A stretch of DNA of 64,000 nucleotides from positions 744,001 through 808,000 of the forward strand of contig MU008182.1 in the NCBI GenBank assembly GCA_010909165.1, written 5' to 3'. Origin of the DNA: Anthoceros angustus. Lineage: Eukaryota; Plantae; Anthocerotophyta. The translations under genes and the position numbers were made by a program. Within the stretch, counting starts at the first letter, position 1; every line of letters starts with the position of its first letter. Positions 11,252-23,941 of this stretch are shown piece after piece. Under the pieces are notes generated by a model. That model was not told the origin of the DNA. It made no database searches and saw only the letters and a program-made list of their open reading frames with translations.

Positions 11252-11768
11252 CAGGGCACACAACAGCCACTGGTGCAACTGGAGTCTTTTACAAACACCG
11301 AACTTGACCTAGACTACATATACAGGATGGAAGGTGCCAGAGAATGTAAGTCGCTCAACCACTTTGCTTGTTAAGCCACCTGTGTGAAAGGGGATAACTA
11401 CGGCGCGTGGTGGCCACGCGCTGAAGGTGGCCTGACCAGTGACGTGGAGATAATTCATATGCAGTGTGTCGGCCACATGATGGAGCCCGGTCATTTACTG
11501 GTCAAGTCACAATGCGTTACCATCTCTGCATGCACCGGATGGGCGACACATGGCCAATCCAACGGCACAGTGAGGCAGGGCACCTGCCTTTCCTTGAAAA
11601 GGCTCAGTTCCGGGCGTGAGTTCGCCACACTCCCTCCCTGCATCTCCGCCACTCCCTTCTGCCAGACGCTTGGCTGCTTGCTCACCTCGTATCCGCGATT
11701 CGCCACCCCGCCGTCGCGCCGCTTCTGCTATTCGGACTCACGCCTTGGCTGGCGGTGGTCGTGATCAG

Positions 11769-12481
11769 GCATGCCCTCCTACCCGCCCTCCCCGTTTGCT
11801 TGTTTGCTGCTCGCTTTTGCTTGTTTGCCTGCGCCATGAGCTGTTTTCCGCTTTCTAACGTACTCTCTTTGTAGGCAGTTTGAAGAAGTTCCGAGGACAG
11901 CTTGTGAGCGCAAAGCTTCGCTTACACGGTAAGGAGTTTGGTTAGGGAAATGCGGGGGCTGTCTCTGATGTACGCTTTGGTAGTATTTAAAGAGTGCGAG
12001 GGGACGAATCATACAGTCAGGTGGTCCGGCCTGATGACTTGCTTAGCTTTGCAATCTGAATGTTGCCTGCCGGTGTTTTTGTTGTTGTTTTCCTTCTGAA
12101 GCATCCCCCTTGGAGCTGATCGGTGTGTCCCCTCCCGCACTTGCTTGGCTTTGGCGGATGTGCTGGCGGCTTTCCTTAATTATTGTGTAGTGGAAGCCTT
12201 TGTTAGGCGGTTAGTTGCTGTTGGCCCTGATCGAGGTAGCCAAGGTATCCTCCATTTCTTCTCTTGGTTTGATGACTGGATATCTCTTACTTCGCCAGCT
12301 TTGCGCTTGTTCCGTCGGTCTTTGTTGTCAAGCGGCGGTCAGGCATTGTAGGAGAGTAGGTTTTTGAAGCGTGCCTTTCGGTTCCTTGTTCCTCTCACGG
12401 TCGCCAGGGTCTTCAGGTTACGATCGATCTCTTGAGTGCTGCACTCGCTCTACTTATCCGCTTTTGGTTTTCCTGTGACAG
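11769..12481 (+). other. Predicted ferritin 5'UTR introns (GC-AG 11769-11874; GT-AG 11929-12481) flanking a 54-bp non-coding exon
   Basis: CAG|GCATGC donor, CTAAC branch point with a pyrimidine tract and TAG acceptor at 11874, G|GTAAGG donor at 11929, and a TTTTCCTGTGACAG acceptor 13 nt before the ATG. Confidence 0.55.
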
Positions 12482-12494
12482 CTAGCGGTTCAGC

Positions 12495-13271
12495 ATGATG
12501 CTGCGCACCAGCACTGGTACGGCCACGTCCTTGGCCGCCTGCATTGGAGGCTCGTCTCTGAATGCTAAGAACGGAGTAGTTCCAGCTCCATCTGCTGCTC
12601 GGCCCGGCAAGTCCCGGCCACCGTCCAGGGGTGTTTCCGCTGCTCTCACCTCAAATAACAGTGCCTTGACAGGGGTTGTTTTTGAGCCATTTGCGGAGGT
12701 GAAGAGCCAGCTGGAGCAGGTGCCTGATACATCTTCTGTGTCCTTCGCACGCCAGCGTTTCAGTCCCGCCTGCGAAGCGGCGCTGAATGAACAGATCAAT
12801 GTGGAGTACAATGTGTCCTACATCTACCATGCCTTGTTCGCCTACTTTGACAGGGACAACGTGGGCTTGCCTGGCTTAGCTAAGTACTTCAAGGATGGCA
12901 GTGATGAGGAGCGGACGCATGCGGAACTTCTGATGCAGTACCAGAACAAGCGAGGAGGGAAGGTGAAGTTGCAGTCCATCCTTATGCCGGTGATGGAGTT
13001 CGATCATATTGAGAAGGGGGATGCTTTGTACGCTATGGAATTATCCCTGTCACTGGAGAAGCTCACCAATGACAAGCTGCTCAACCTTCACAAGGTTGCT
13101 GTGGAGAGTGATGATCCACAGATGACCGACTTTATTGAGGGCACGTTCTTGGGCGAGCAGGTAGAGGCCATCAAGAAGGTATCAGAGTACGTCGCTCAAC
13201 TTCGCAGAGTTGGCAAGGGCCACGGGGTCTACCACTTCGACCGTGCTCTTCAAGGTGCTGGCCCGGCTTGA
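12495..13271 (+). CDS. FER: Plastid ferritin (transit peptide + extension peptide + ferritin core), intronless CDS, 258 aa
   Basis: [13 protein letters not shown] extension peptide, [52 protein letters not shown] and [29 protein letters not shown]. Confidence 0.98.
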   Translation: MMLRTSTGTATSLAACIGGSSLNAKNGVVPAPSAARPGKSRPPSRGVSAALTSNNSALTGVVFEPFAEVKSQLEQVPDTSSVSFARQRFSPACEAALNEQINVEYNVSYIYHALFAYFDRDNVGLPGLAKYFKDGSDEERTHAELLMQYQNKRGGKVKLQSILMPVMEFDHIEKGDALYAMELSLSLEKLTNDKLLNLHKVAVESDDPQMTDFIEGTFLGEQVEAIKKVSEYVAQLRRVGKGHGVYHFDRALQGAGPA

Positions 13272-14211
13272 CTTCCAGGCGCAGGTTTCCGTCACGACGC
13301 CTGGCGGTATGTTCTGCAAGTTGCCTACATATGTAGCTAGCTATCTACATGTCGGAGCCCGGAGTGGAGGCGGGGAATCTTGAGCTAGGAAATGTCTTCC
13401 TCCCAGCATCCTTTGACTCGTGTCCAGACAGTACCCGAAAGGGCCGAAGGCACAATGATCCTTGCCTGTTTCTTAGAGTGTTGCCTGGAAGCCAGGCACG
13501 ACAAACCAAAGCTGGTTAGGAATGTCTGAGAAATGAGGTAGATAGGAAACCAGCAGAATGCGGTCTTATCACAGATGAGTGAGTTATCGATCGTCTGAAG
13601 ATAACTTTTAATAATGTGCAAGAATCCTGAAAAGCTTTTTCTATGTACCACTTTGGAGCCGGCATGTATCCTGAAAAGTATTCTCGTTGTAACATTGAGC
13701 AGAGTGCATGCGTGTAGCTGCCCTAGAACCGAATATTGTTACAGTTAGAAAGTCTTGACTGGTTAGACCACAAGCTTTGAATGGATTTCGATCTGACAAG
13801 ATCTGACTACTTGGTTGCATGTAGAGGATTCGAGAGTGTAGCTTGTCTGCCCAGACGCAAAGTAGGGCTCCAACATCTGAAGCAGAGGTGCAACACCTTT
13901 CCTCAACTCCGTGTACAAGTTCGCGCCAGGAAACACATCCTCCTGCATATGTAAACAAACAAAGTAAAATCAAAAGCCCGAGCTGAGTGCTGGTGTAGTG
14001 TCACTCTTCAGAAACGTACTGAGCAGTGAGCACTGTCAGCGAGCAGTCGCAAAAACAATACTCCACTCCTTCACATTGAAAGCGTGACCATGTCCGTGCC
14101 AACACCTGACAGCTCAGCTGTGTGTAACAATTCTCAAAACGCAAAGACAGCTGACCATGTGTCGACAAATTGATCCTATGACGCACTTGAGGACGGAATC
14201 GGAGATGAGAT

Positions 14212-14538
14212 GCCTCAAGAGCTGAAGTTCAGTCTGTTCAGAGAACTCGACCGACAAAGCTCATACACGACGTTGATGGAGAGGCCTCAAGAGCTGAACT
14301 TCAGTCTGTCCAGAGCAGCTCCTACAAGACGATAAGAGGCCTCAAGAGCTTGAGTTCAATCTGTTCAGAGAACTCCAGCAGAGCTCCTACAAGACGATGA
14401 GAGGCCTAAAGAGCTTGAGTTCAATTTGTTCAGAGAACTCCAGCAGAGCTCCTACAAGACGATGAGAGGCCTCAAGAGCTTGAGTTCAATCTGTTCAGAG
14501 AACTCCAGCAGAGCTCCTACAAGACGTTGAGAGTCCTC
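14212..14538. repeat. Minisatellite, about 5 units (periods 72, 55, 65, 65, 65 bp)
   Basis: Core GAGGCCTCAAGAGCTTGAGTTCAATCTGTTCAGAGAACTCCAGCAGAGCTCCTACAAGACGATGA repeated head-to-tail without unique spacers. Confidence 0.92.
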
Positions 14539-15114
14539 GTGCATGCACATACTGTTGTTCACATCTACCGCTGGCAGCGGAAAATGAAGCTTTTCAGCAC
14601 GGAGGATGCGCCTCGTGCTGGCAGGCCAGAAGCGCATCATGCATGGAGACCCGCCAATGCTGACACCACTATGCAGCGCAGCACGCTGGCTCAACTTCAG
14701 GAATTTGCTGAAGCATCCAATTGCAGAGTACTCCTCTTCCGAGTGGCATGTCTTGTGTAACAGCCGCGGTGACGATCAACAGATGCATCCACAAAAAGGC
14801 AGGGGCTTCATCCTCTCCCACAGAGGCTTCTAAACTCAATTAAGCTGCATCATGGTTTTGGAAGCCTTTGAGGGAGAGGAAAAAGAAACTGCCTTGAGCA
14901 CCTCCAGCAGCTGCCAGCTCGCGTGTACATCTCTTCTGGTAGTGCTTCAAACGAAAACACAGAACAAGCAGCATAAGGAGCCTGGTTGCTACGAGAAGTA
15001 GAGTGAGAAGGCAACCAATTTTTGAACGAGGTGGATCCAACACGCGAGCAACAGGAAAGGGCAGGAGAAGAGGGGAGCGGAGGTGTGTACTTGGGAGCGG
15101 CAGGGGAGGGCGGG

Positions 15115-15121
15115 ATTTATA
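15115..15121 (-). promoter_or_regulatory. Candidate TATA box (TATAAAT) followed by a CT-rich leader on the minus strand
   Basis: CTATAAATCC on the minus strand, then a pyrimidine-rich stretch starting about 30 nt downstream. No recognisable CDS follows. Confidence 0.35.
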
Positions 15122-16665
15122 GCGCGTGAAGGGCGGGGATTGGGTGCGAAACAAATGGGCACGAGCATGCGCTGCGGCCGCTTGGCGGTACAAGCGGTCA
15201 CATGACACGCCGGTGGGGGCCGCCAGCCTGTTAATATTCTGCACAGCTCTCTTCCGGTGCTGCATGATCAGATTCTCACGGTTGTCTCATTACAGCGGAG
15301 ATACAAATGTTCGCGAGGCGTGGAGACAAGAACAACCCACCAAAATCCGCAAATACCTTCCCGCTTCACACCCCCTTAAATCTGTCCTCCAAGAGCCAAG
15401 GCCAACCTGCCCGGGGCTTCGGCATCCACATTCCAGACAAACAACAAGCCACCAAAACTCTTTTCCTTTCAACCTTCCAGCCCATTCTAATCCCAACATC
15501 ACTTCCACCTCCTCTTACTTAGCTCACCTCTAACACGTGAGTCGCGCTCCTAGGTACATATCTTACCAACTCTTATGTAATCTATTTCACGAGCACATTA
15601 CGCTCAATAAACTCTTTTTATTATGATATGAATATTATACGTTAATATATATATTAATTTGAATCATAAAAAACCTATCTTAACCATTGGGCTGGATGAA
15701 AATCATGATAACACGTGCACTTAATTAAACACCATCCTACCGAGATTCTAATATGCGCATACAAACAAAGCTGAATATTCGGAATATCTTGTACAATCCT
15801 TCATCATACTATTAGAATAATCTACATGTTAGGATATTAAAATAATAATTATATTATTAAGTAACATATGTATATAAGTTGTGCTTGCCAAGACACACAA
15901 GAGGGTGATGACGAGGCACAACACATTTCATGCTTTTTACTCCCAGGCTCATGTCGTAAAGAAAGAAGATTTAAGAAAGGGTTTGAACAGCTTTACCTTT
16001 TGGTACGGGGTACACCTGTACTAAAACTCGCCTTAACTCTGCTCTGACAGCAATATCCGTCCGTTGAGGATGCTGAGCCGTGGGATAGCCACGAGGTAGA
16101 GCATCGAACGGGGTTGCCAAGCGCACGGCATATGCAAAGGCGTGGCAGAAGTCGAGCGGGACAAACGACTCCTGTAACACTGACTGTTCACGGAAATCTG
16201 GTCCGAGGGACACGAGACAAACAAACGGAATGGCCCTTGCAGAGGGCCAGGCATGTCATGAGCCATGCAACGTGGGGGGCTGTCAGTACCAGGCTACAAT
16301 CCGCTATTCCTACTGTATGCATTGGCGTCTCTTCTTCAGAGGCTGAAAGGCCGAAAGGAAGACGACAGGTAGAGACAGATCCGCAAGATAGCCATTCCGT
16401 CTGCGAGAGACACTGGCGCACATTGGAGCTTGTGCAACCACAATATACAGCACACTTGTAGTAGTATCTGCAACGGCTCTGTTGTCGTTCCTCTTCTCTG
16501 TTTCAGAATGACCAGAATCTCGCCTGAAGCGTCGCGGCCAGTGGGAGGTGATGGTCATGCAGAAACAGATAGCAAATTTCACTCTCGCTGTAAATCAAAA
16601 AGAACATCAAGTGGGTGCCAAGACACCCGCCGTATCTAACAACGTCTACGACTGCTGCCTTGACT

Positions 16666-19600
16666 CTAGTCGTCGCCGTCATCTTCCTCTGCCTCCTGAA
16701 GCCACTGCATGTTCACCAATTGCATCCACATCAACGGCGGGCCTATCCATACACCATGGTAATACTGAGAGGGCACGTGTTTTGATCCAGACGCAAACCT
16801 TAATGAATGGCTGACATTGGTTCAAGAAAACCCGATCAGATTCGTCTGCATCCGTTTTCTCCTCCGCCCATGTTATGATAGACGTTTCTGATATCAGATC
16901 TTTATCATAAAGGACTCGCAAAATCTGGAACAAGCTGCCATGGATCAGACTTCAAGGTCACGATTCCTAATCGAATGAGCATTACTGAAATCACGGCTAC
17001 TTACGTCTGAAAACAGGTTTGCGAACTCTTTACTGGACTCGAGGCATACTTCCTCGAACACTAGGAGTACTTCCACCTGCACATCGAAACAAACAAGCAA
17101 CCCTTAGACCCCAGTACGGGCCTTCCAAGTTTGCAGAGTTGTGCAGCAAAACAGAGAGATACCTCCTCCTCCTCCGCTTTTACATAGTTCTTGAGCAACG
17201 GTCCCCATCGAGTAAGCACCTTATAAGTGCTATTAAGCAGCTCTTCTGTTGAAAGGTGTAACCATGTGTGTTAACGCAAGAAAAAACTTCCGCGTCTACT
17301 AACTTCTTGAACAAGCTCAAAGCATTCTACCTCAGACAACTATGTCTAGAAAGAATCAACCGACAACATACTTGCCGACTGATGAGGAGCCTCCAAAGCC
17401 AAGTTCAAGAGAGCTTTGAATAACGCTCCAGCACAGTCGCTAAAAGTCCGGTTGTACGCAAGCCTGATTGCACCAAACGTTCAAACTGTGACTCCTGCCA
17501 TTGATAAAAGTAACAACTCCTCCTGCAGTCCATGCAACAAGCTTCCAGACACATATGAACAGATGAACATTGTGACAGCTGTCTTACTTCAAAGAGTTCA
17601 CTTCAATAACCACGTGTTCCTGTCTAACACCCTCTACCATGACGGCCCTCCTAAACGTTTCCTCCACCTGTTTTTGACACACAGTTCCATTAAACGACTC
17701 CAATACACTCGATAAGCTGTCAATTTACTAAACTGACCCTACTCAGAAGAAAGAGGCAATAAAGCAATGATCTCTTGGCAACAACCCTGAAATAGTTCAC
17801 AATATCTCCTTCAGCCTAAACACAACCCTAAACACCAGAATCCCGTGACTCACTCACTCACCTCCTTGTCAAAATCATCCTCAGCCTCCTGGTCCTCATC
17901 ATCAACTTCGCTGTCTACTTCATTGTCCGCTTGCTGACGAATGACAGTGCCATCATCTTGAACGGCAGCCTCGATTAACAGCTGTTCGTCCTTCAGTAGA
18001 ATTTCACGGACCCTTCCACGCGGGATAGGAGCCACTGAATGTCTCCACTCCTCTTCCTGGCCACCTCCTTTAATAGACCACCTATAACCAGCACCCGTGA
18101 CACCTACCTGAAAGGCACCCGCATGTTTAGATGACAAAAATTTGGACCACACTTTTCTGAGAAACTCTAGATACGAGCTGACTCACCTCTTCAATGTCCC
18201 ACTCACAGTGCTTGCCACTTTGACCTGATGCAGATCCAGCTACTGTCTGCTGCTCTGCATAATGTAACAACAATTTTTAAGAACGTAGGTGCAGGTGCCT
18301 TGCACTTGCCTATGTCCAATTGGGTGGCTCCAATAGCACCAATAGTACTATAGCCCCTCACCAACAGCACTATAGTGAACTGTCTAAGTACCTGCCAGGT
18401 GAGTGTCTTGTGGACTACCAATCGCTGAATCAACATACTCAAGTTCCTCATCACTGCTGTCTTCTTCAGTGGGCTGAGGAAGAAGTGATATTTTTGAATA
18501 CTCCGGAACTACAAAATTGGGCCCGATGACCGCCTGCAGCGATTACATCTCACTGAATAAACAGGCAAGACCTCAGAAAGTGAGGGCAAAATCCTGAGTT
18601 CCAGTCTGGAACAAGCTGGTACTTACATTGAAGGAGAGCACAACGCCTGGCTCTAAAACTGCCTGTGTCTTTACGATAGCACCGTCACATACCACTGCCT
18701 GGTACAGCTTAGCATTATCATGAACGGTAACATTATCCCATACATGGCTGCCCTCAATTATAACATTCCTTCCAATTGTACAACCCCTTCCGACTACAGA
18801 TTTCCGGATAACCGTGTTTTCCCCAACAGTGGTTCCCTCACCCACAACCGTACTTTCCCCAATAACAGCAGTCCGAGCCAGCACCACTCCTGCAAGAAAT
18901 CACTGAAACCAGCGTGACGTGCTAACCAGTACATCATGGAAAATTCAAGCACATTGAGAAACACAGACAACCAAAGTCCAAATGAACGCTGCAATCATAA
19001 AACCGCTCACAGCACAAGCACACCAGTTTGAGGCCTGTGCTGACATACCATCTGCCTTGTACACATTGCACCGATCAACCGTGACCCTTGCATCATTCTT
19101 ATGCTTGAGAAGCTGGCTATCTGGCACCAGTGGGTACGCCCACCTATGGATGATATCTTGAGCGACCACATCATATGCACGGAGGTTGTCAATTCGTGCT
19201 GCATATTCTCCAGAAATCTCATAGGTGAATATTTTGTTTCCCATCACCTGTGTATGCCAGTCAACAAAGAAACAACAATAATCAAATTCCACAGAGCTTC
19301 TAGGAGTGTCAACAACAATCTCAACATGGCTGAATCCTTCAGTTCTCTACGCATGTAAAGTACAAAACTTCACCAAATACCTCGTCGCCAAGAACACCCC
19401 GCACAAAATCCCGCCGAAGCTGCTGATAGTCAAAATTGTCTGTGAACAAGTATAGGACCTCAGGTGAGCAGATGTCGATGTGACAGTCCTGAAATCACAC
19501 AGAGCAATGCAACATGTCACCACACTGTTCTCATCTGATCACGGAATTTGCAAATGGACAGGCGACAAACAACTCTTGACCACCCTACTTCTCACTGAAT

Positions 19601-21651
19601 AAACAGGCAAGACCTCAGAAAGTGAGGGCAAAATCCTGAGTTCCAGTCTGGAACAAGCTGGTACTTACATTGAAGGAGAGCACAACGCCTGGCTCTAAAA
19701 CTGCCTGTGTCTTTACGATAGCACCGTCACATACCACTGCCTGGTACAGCTTAGCATTATCATGAACGGTAACATTATCCCATACATGGCTGCCCTCAAT
19801 TATAACATTCCTTCCAATTGTACAACCCTTCCGACTACAGATTTCCGGATAACCGTGTTTCCCCAACAGTGGTTCCTCACCCACAACCGTATTTTCCCCA
19901 ATAACAGCAGTCCGAGCCAGCACCACTCCTGCAAGAAATCACTGAAACCAGCGTGACGTGCTAACCAGTACATCATGGAAAATTCAAGCACATTGAGAAA
20001 CACAGACAACCAAAGTCCAAATGAACGCTGCAATCATAAAACCGCTCACAGCACAAGCACACCAGTTTGAGGCCTGTGCTGACATACCATCTGCCTTGTA
20101 CACATTGCACCGATCAACCGTGACCCTTGCATCATTCTTATGCTTGAGAAGCTGGCTATCTGGCACCAGTGGGTACGCCCACCTATGGATGATATCTTGA
20201 GCGACCACATCATATGCACGGAGGTTGTCAATTCGTGCTGCATATTCTCCAGAAATCTCATAGGTGAATATTTTGTTTCCCATCACCTGTGTATGCCAGT
20301 CAACAAAGAAACAACAATAATCAAATTCCACAGAGCTTCTAGGAGTGTCAACAACAATCTCAACATGGCTGAATCCTTCAGTTCTCTACGCATGTAAAGT
20401 ACAAAACTTCACCAAATACCTCGTCGCCAAGAACACCCCGCACAAAATCCCGCCGAAGCTGCTGATAGTCAAAATTGTCTGTGAACAAGTATAGGACCTC
20501 AGGTGAGCAGATGTCGATGTGACAGTCCTGAAATCACACAGAGCAATGCAACATGTCACCACACTGTTCTCATCTGATCACGGAATTTGCAAATGGACAG
20601 GCGACAAACAACTCTTGACCACCCTACTTCTCACTCTAGCAACAGCACAAGTGCGTATAAACCAGCCCACACATTAACACAAACCTGCAGATCAATGCAT
20701 AGCTGTACAGCCGGATTTTCAGAGAAAAGAGACCAATCTAGGGCAATGTCAGGCTTTGTTGCATCTACACTAGTGGAATCCTTTCCCGCATCATAATAGA
20801 GGAGCTGTTTCGTGTTCGGATTGATGGCCAACACCAGCTCATTGTTACCGAGCCGACTTTGGTGTGTCAAGGGATTCGGCTTTGACCTCTTGACAACCAA
20901 GGTCATCACCGCCAGCTTGTCCTGCTTTCGTCTCTCTTGGTGTTGCTCCACTACTTCCTTGAGAGACATATTGCTGACGGTGTCGCCGCTTACAAGGACA
21001 AAATCACCACGAACCTAGGGAAACAGAAAAACACATTATTGTCTTGAAACAAACCCGACGCTGCGATGATGACAACAATGAGAATTGGGTATCTGCAAGC
21101 CTGGGATGTAAACGACTCATTTAACGGAACGTACGACGCCTTGTTGTTCGATAAGTCTCAATGCATCACCGGCACTGACACAATCGTGAGACTCTATGAC
21201 AGTCACGTTGAAATTGGGTTGTGACTTCCAGTTGTAGCGCTCCAAATAGCTGATGACCTGATTAGCGTGGGAACAGCAGAACACAAAAACCTCTTTCACA
21301 CCCCCGGACGCCAGCCATTGCAGCGTGTACTCAATCATAGGAACGTTGACGAGCGGCAGCAACACCTTCACAACGGCATAGAAACCAACGACATTGAATT
21401 CAGTGAGCTGAAGAAAACCCTGACCCTTGCTGAGATCTCAAGCTCGGAAGTGCAACACGCATCCTGGCACCAATACAATCCAGAGTAGCATCCCTCCGAC
21501 GGAGGCATTTCAGCTGATCTACCTTGGGCCGCTCGAGTGTGATAGGGCGAAATTTTTGAGCAAAACTGTCAGCCAAGAGCACGGCCTGCAGCGGGGTGAT
21601 GGCTTCATCGTCGGCAACATCCGTGGCCTTCGAGGCCCGCTTGCTACCCAT
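16666..21651 (-). CDS. eIF2Bepsilon: Translation initiation factor eIF2B epsilon subunit, about 735 aa after collapsing a duplicated exon block
   Basis: Exons 21651-21523, 21365-21135, 21014-20685, [20527-20420, 20286-20088, 19928-19669 duplicated as 19488-19381, 19247-19049, 18889-18627], 18533-18392, 18254-18187, 18107-17862, 17667-17588, 17463-17372, 17245-17163, 17076-17005, 16924-16799 and 16704-16666. All introns are GT-AG and phases are consistent. Motifs: [21 protein letters not shown], hexapeptide LbH repeats, and a W2 domain ending [12 protein letters not shown]. Confidence 0.95.
18548..20635. repeat. Tandem duplication of eIF2B-epsilon coding exons 4-6 (units of 1042 and 1039 bp) bounded by TCTCACT microhomology
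   Basis: TCTCACT occurs at 18548-18554, 19590-19596 and 20629-20635. The copies differ by three homopolymer deletions and one substitution. Confidence 0.95.
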
Positions 21652-21883
21652 ACCAACCTGAATTGCAGCTCAGAAAGAATGCAGCACAGCGCTAAGAGGA
21701 CAAGGACACAGAAATCCGCAGCATGGAGACGCACAAATGCTGGACACAAATAAGCGTAGCAGCAGAGACCCAACTGGCACACGGTGAGGAATTCGCTTCT
21801 TGAGGCTGTCCCGTAACAGGGATGCCAGGAAAACCTCAAACCTGTTTAGAGCAGTCAAATTTGCTTGGTAACTCCAGGTACAT

Positions 21884-21897
21884 AAACCCTAAACCCT
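21884..21897. promoter_or_regulatory. Telo-box (AAACCCTAAACCCT) in the short divergent promoter between eIF2B-epsilon and PyrD
   Basis: Exact AAACCCTA motif between two ATGs 375 bp apart. Telo-boxes are typical of plant translation-machinery promoters. Confidence 0.6.
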
Positions 21898-22026
21898 GAC
21901 AGTCGTTTCACCCTTTTTCGGGGTTCAGAGTCAATGTGAAGAGCTTGCAAGCCTTCCTATTTGCGCTCACGTTCCCTTCTTCCATGCCTTCATTCCCCTG
22001 ATACCTGGAGCAGCGCAGAGGAGACT

Positions 22027-23667
22027 ATGGCTGTGGCAATGACTGCAGCTGTGTCTTATGGGCCATTTCATCCTTTAGTTCCGAGCTTCCGGTGCAAGGA
22101 AGGTAGTGCACTGCTGGGCAGGAATCCTGGCAAGGACGTTCTCACTGCGCACTGGAGGTTCAGATCAGGGATGATGCGGTACAGGCAGCAGTTGAGTGTT
22201 GAGAGGAGTACGTTTGCAGTGACATGACAATTCACCTGTGCTGTGCTGTGCTGTGCTTTCCGGGATGTCCTTGAGACAGCAGGTGTGGGTCCAGCCACTG
22301 ACAAAGGTGTAATGCAGCATGGATCCAGGCGGGTGTGCTTCCTCACCAGTGCTGCGATGCGCAAGCGCACAGCCTCTTGTTGTGGTGGAGGATGCTAGGA
22401 ATTTGGACGAGTACTACATGAGGATGTGTGTGGAATTGGCCAAAAGCGCACTAGGCCATACTTCCCCCAACCCCTTGGTAGGATGCGTGATTGTGAAAGA
22501 CGGTGAAATCGTGGGCCGTGGATTTCATCCTCGAGCAGGGGAGCCTCACGCCGAGGTACCGTAGTAACTCCATGCCCTGCCCTGAATGATCCTGTTTTGC
22601 CAGAATTCAGGTGAAGCGTGTTGAGCGTGCGTATCAGGTGTTTGCCTTGCGGGAAGCTGGAAGCAAGGCCCACGGGGCTACGGCGTATGTGAGTCTGGAG
22701 CCTTGTAATCACGTAGGAAGAACGCCACCCTGCAGCCAGGCTTTAGTGAGAGCCAAAGTTAAGAAGGTGGTGGTAGGCATGGTGGATCCTAACCCGTTGG
22801 TGGCTGGCAAAGGTGTTCGAACCCTTGAAAAGGCAGGAATTGAAGTTGTGGTAGGGGTTGAGGAAGAACTATGTCGCGCTACCAACAGCGTTTTCCTTCA
22901 CAACATACTTACCGGCAAGCCCTTTGTGGCTCTCAGGTGAGAGACAGAGTCGCTGTCCGTTTGTGGAAAAGCGTAGGGTGTAGCCTGTTACAAGTTGACG
23001 TAAACTTTGGGCCATCAGGTACTCCTTGTCGTTAGATGGAGCTTTCTTGGGGAGCACTGCGATGCCTGGAGAGCCTGGAAGTTATTACAGCCAGTTACTC
23101 CAAGAGTATGACGCGGTGGTGGTAACAGATGCAGCTGTCTACGATAACCCCCTCTTGCTCTCGAGTGAGCCAGGGGCAAAGCAGCCACTTAGAGTGGTAC
23201 TCGCACGGTCGTTACAGCTTCCAGTAGACTCGCCAGTGTTTAACACTGCCTTGGGTCCTACTCTCGTCTTTACAGATGGCAATGCACTGGTGGCAGATGT
23301 GCAGAGCGCAAGCCAGAAGTTTGGTGAATCCATGGAGTCTCGACTCGTAGCCAAGGGTGTTCAGGTAGTGGCCATGGAGTCCTTGAATCTTGACGCAGTC
23401 CTAGACACTTTATACACAAGGGGTGTTTGTTCTGTGCTCCTGGATGCTCGCGGCCCCGACCAGTCAGGGCTGGAAAGCTTTCTAGGAATTCAGGCCTTTG
23501 CTGAAGAGGTTCCTCAGAAGTTGATTGTTGCTCTTTCACCGTGCCTAGCTGGGGAAAAAGCAGCCCGTCCTTCTTTTCCTGTCACACAGCAACTCTCAAG
23601 CTTGGGTAAGTTGACGACCAGAATATCGGAAGGGGTTGTCATCATCGAGGGATATTTTCCCCAATAA
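22027..23667 (+). CDS. PYRD: Riboflavin biosynthesis PyrD (RibD-type pyrimidine deaminase with a degenerate reductase domain), plastid-targeted, 445 aa
   Basis: Exons 22027-22178, 22318-22555, 22638-22936 and 23019-23667. Intact zinc motif GEPHAE...[23 protein letters not shown] and [12 protein letters not shown] resemble Arabidopsis PyrD. Confidence 0.95.
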
Positions 23668-23941
23668 CTGGTTAGCCCTTCTCTGAACAGACGGCTGTAT
23701 TGTGGAAATTCTCGCATATATTCCAGGCACATGCCAAAGGATGGTGAAAAGTTTAATCATTTGTAAACTTGAGGACTCGGAATCGAGTGAAAATATGTAA
23801 AATGGGCCCCGAATAATGTACAATAAAGGTACGTCTAGTCATAGATCTCGGCGCAAGGCATCTAAGCATACTTCTCTTCGAGGTTCTCTGCCAAATGAGG
23901 AGAACTGAATACAGTCATATGTGTGTGGGCAGCTAAATGGC

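Noticed and set aside
14212-14538. Repeat array as a CRISPR locus
   Set aside because: The units are head-to-tail with no unique spacers, there are no cas genes, and the context is eukaryotic.
15947-16461. Two exon-like blocks on the plus strand downstream of eIF2B-epsilon
   Set aside because: Splice signals are plausible, but the phases lead to an early stop and the peptides resemble nothing I recognise.
8162-20635. Duplication lengths near multiples of 256 bp (767, about 1040) as proof of a specific binned assembler
   Set aside because: Other units (about 595, 810-826) do not fit, so this is suggestive at best.
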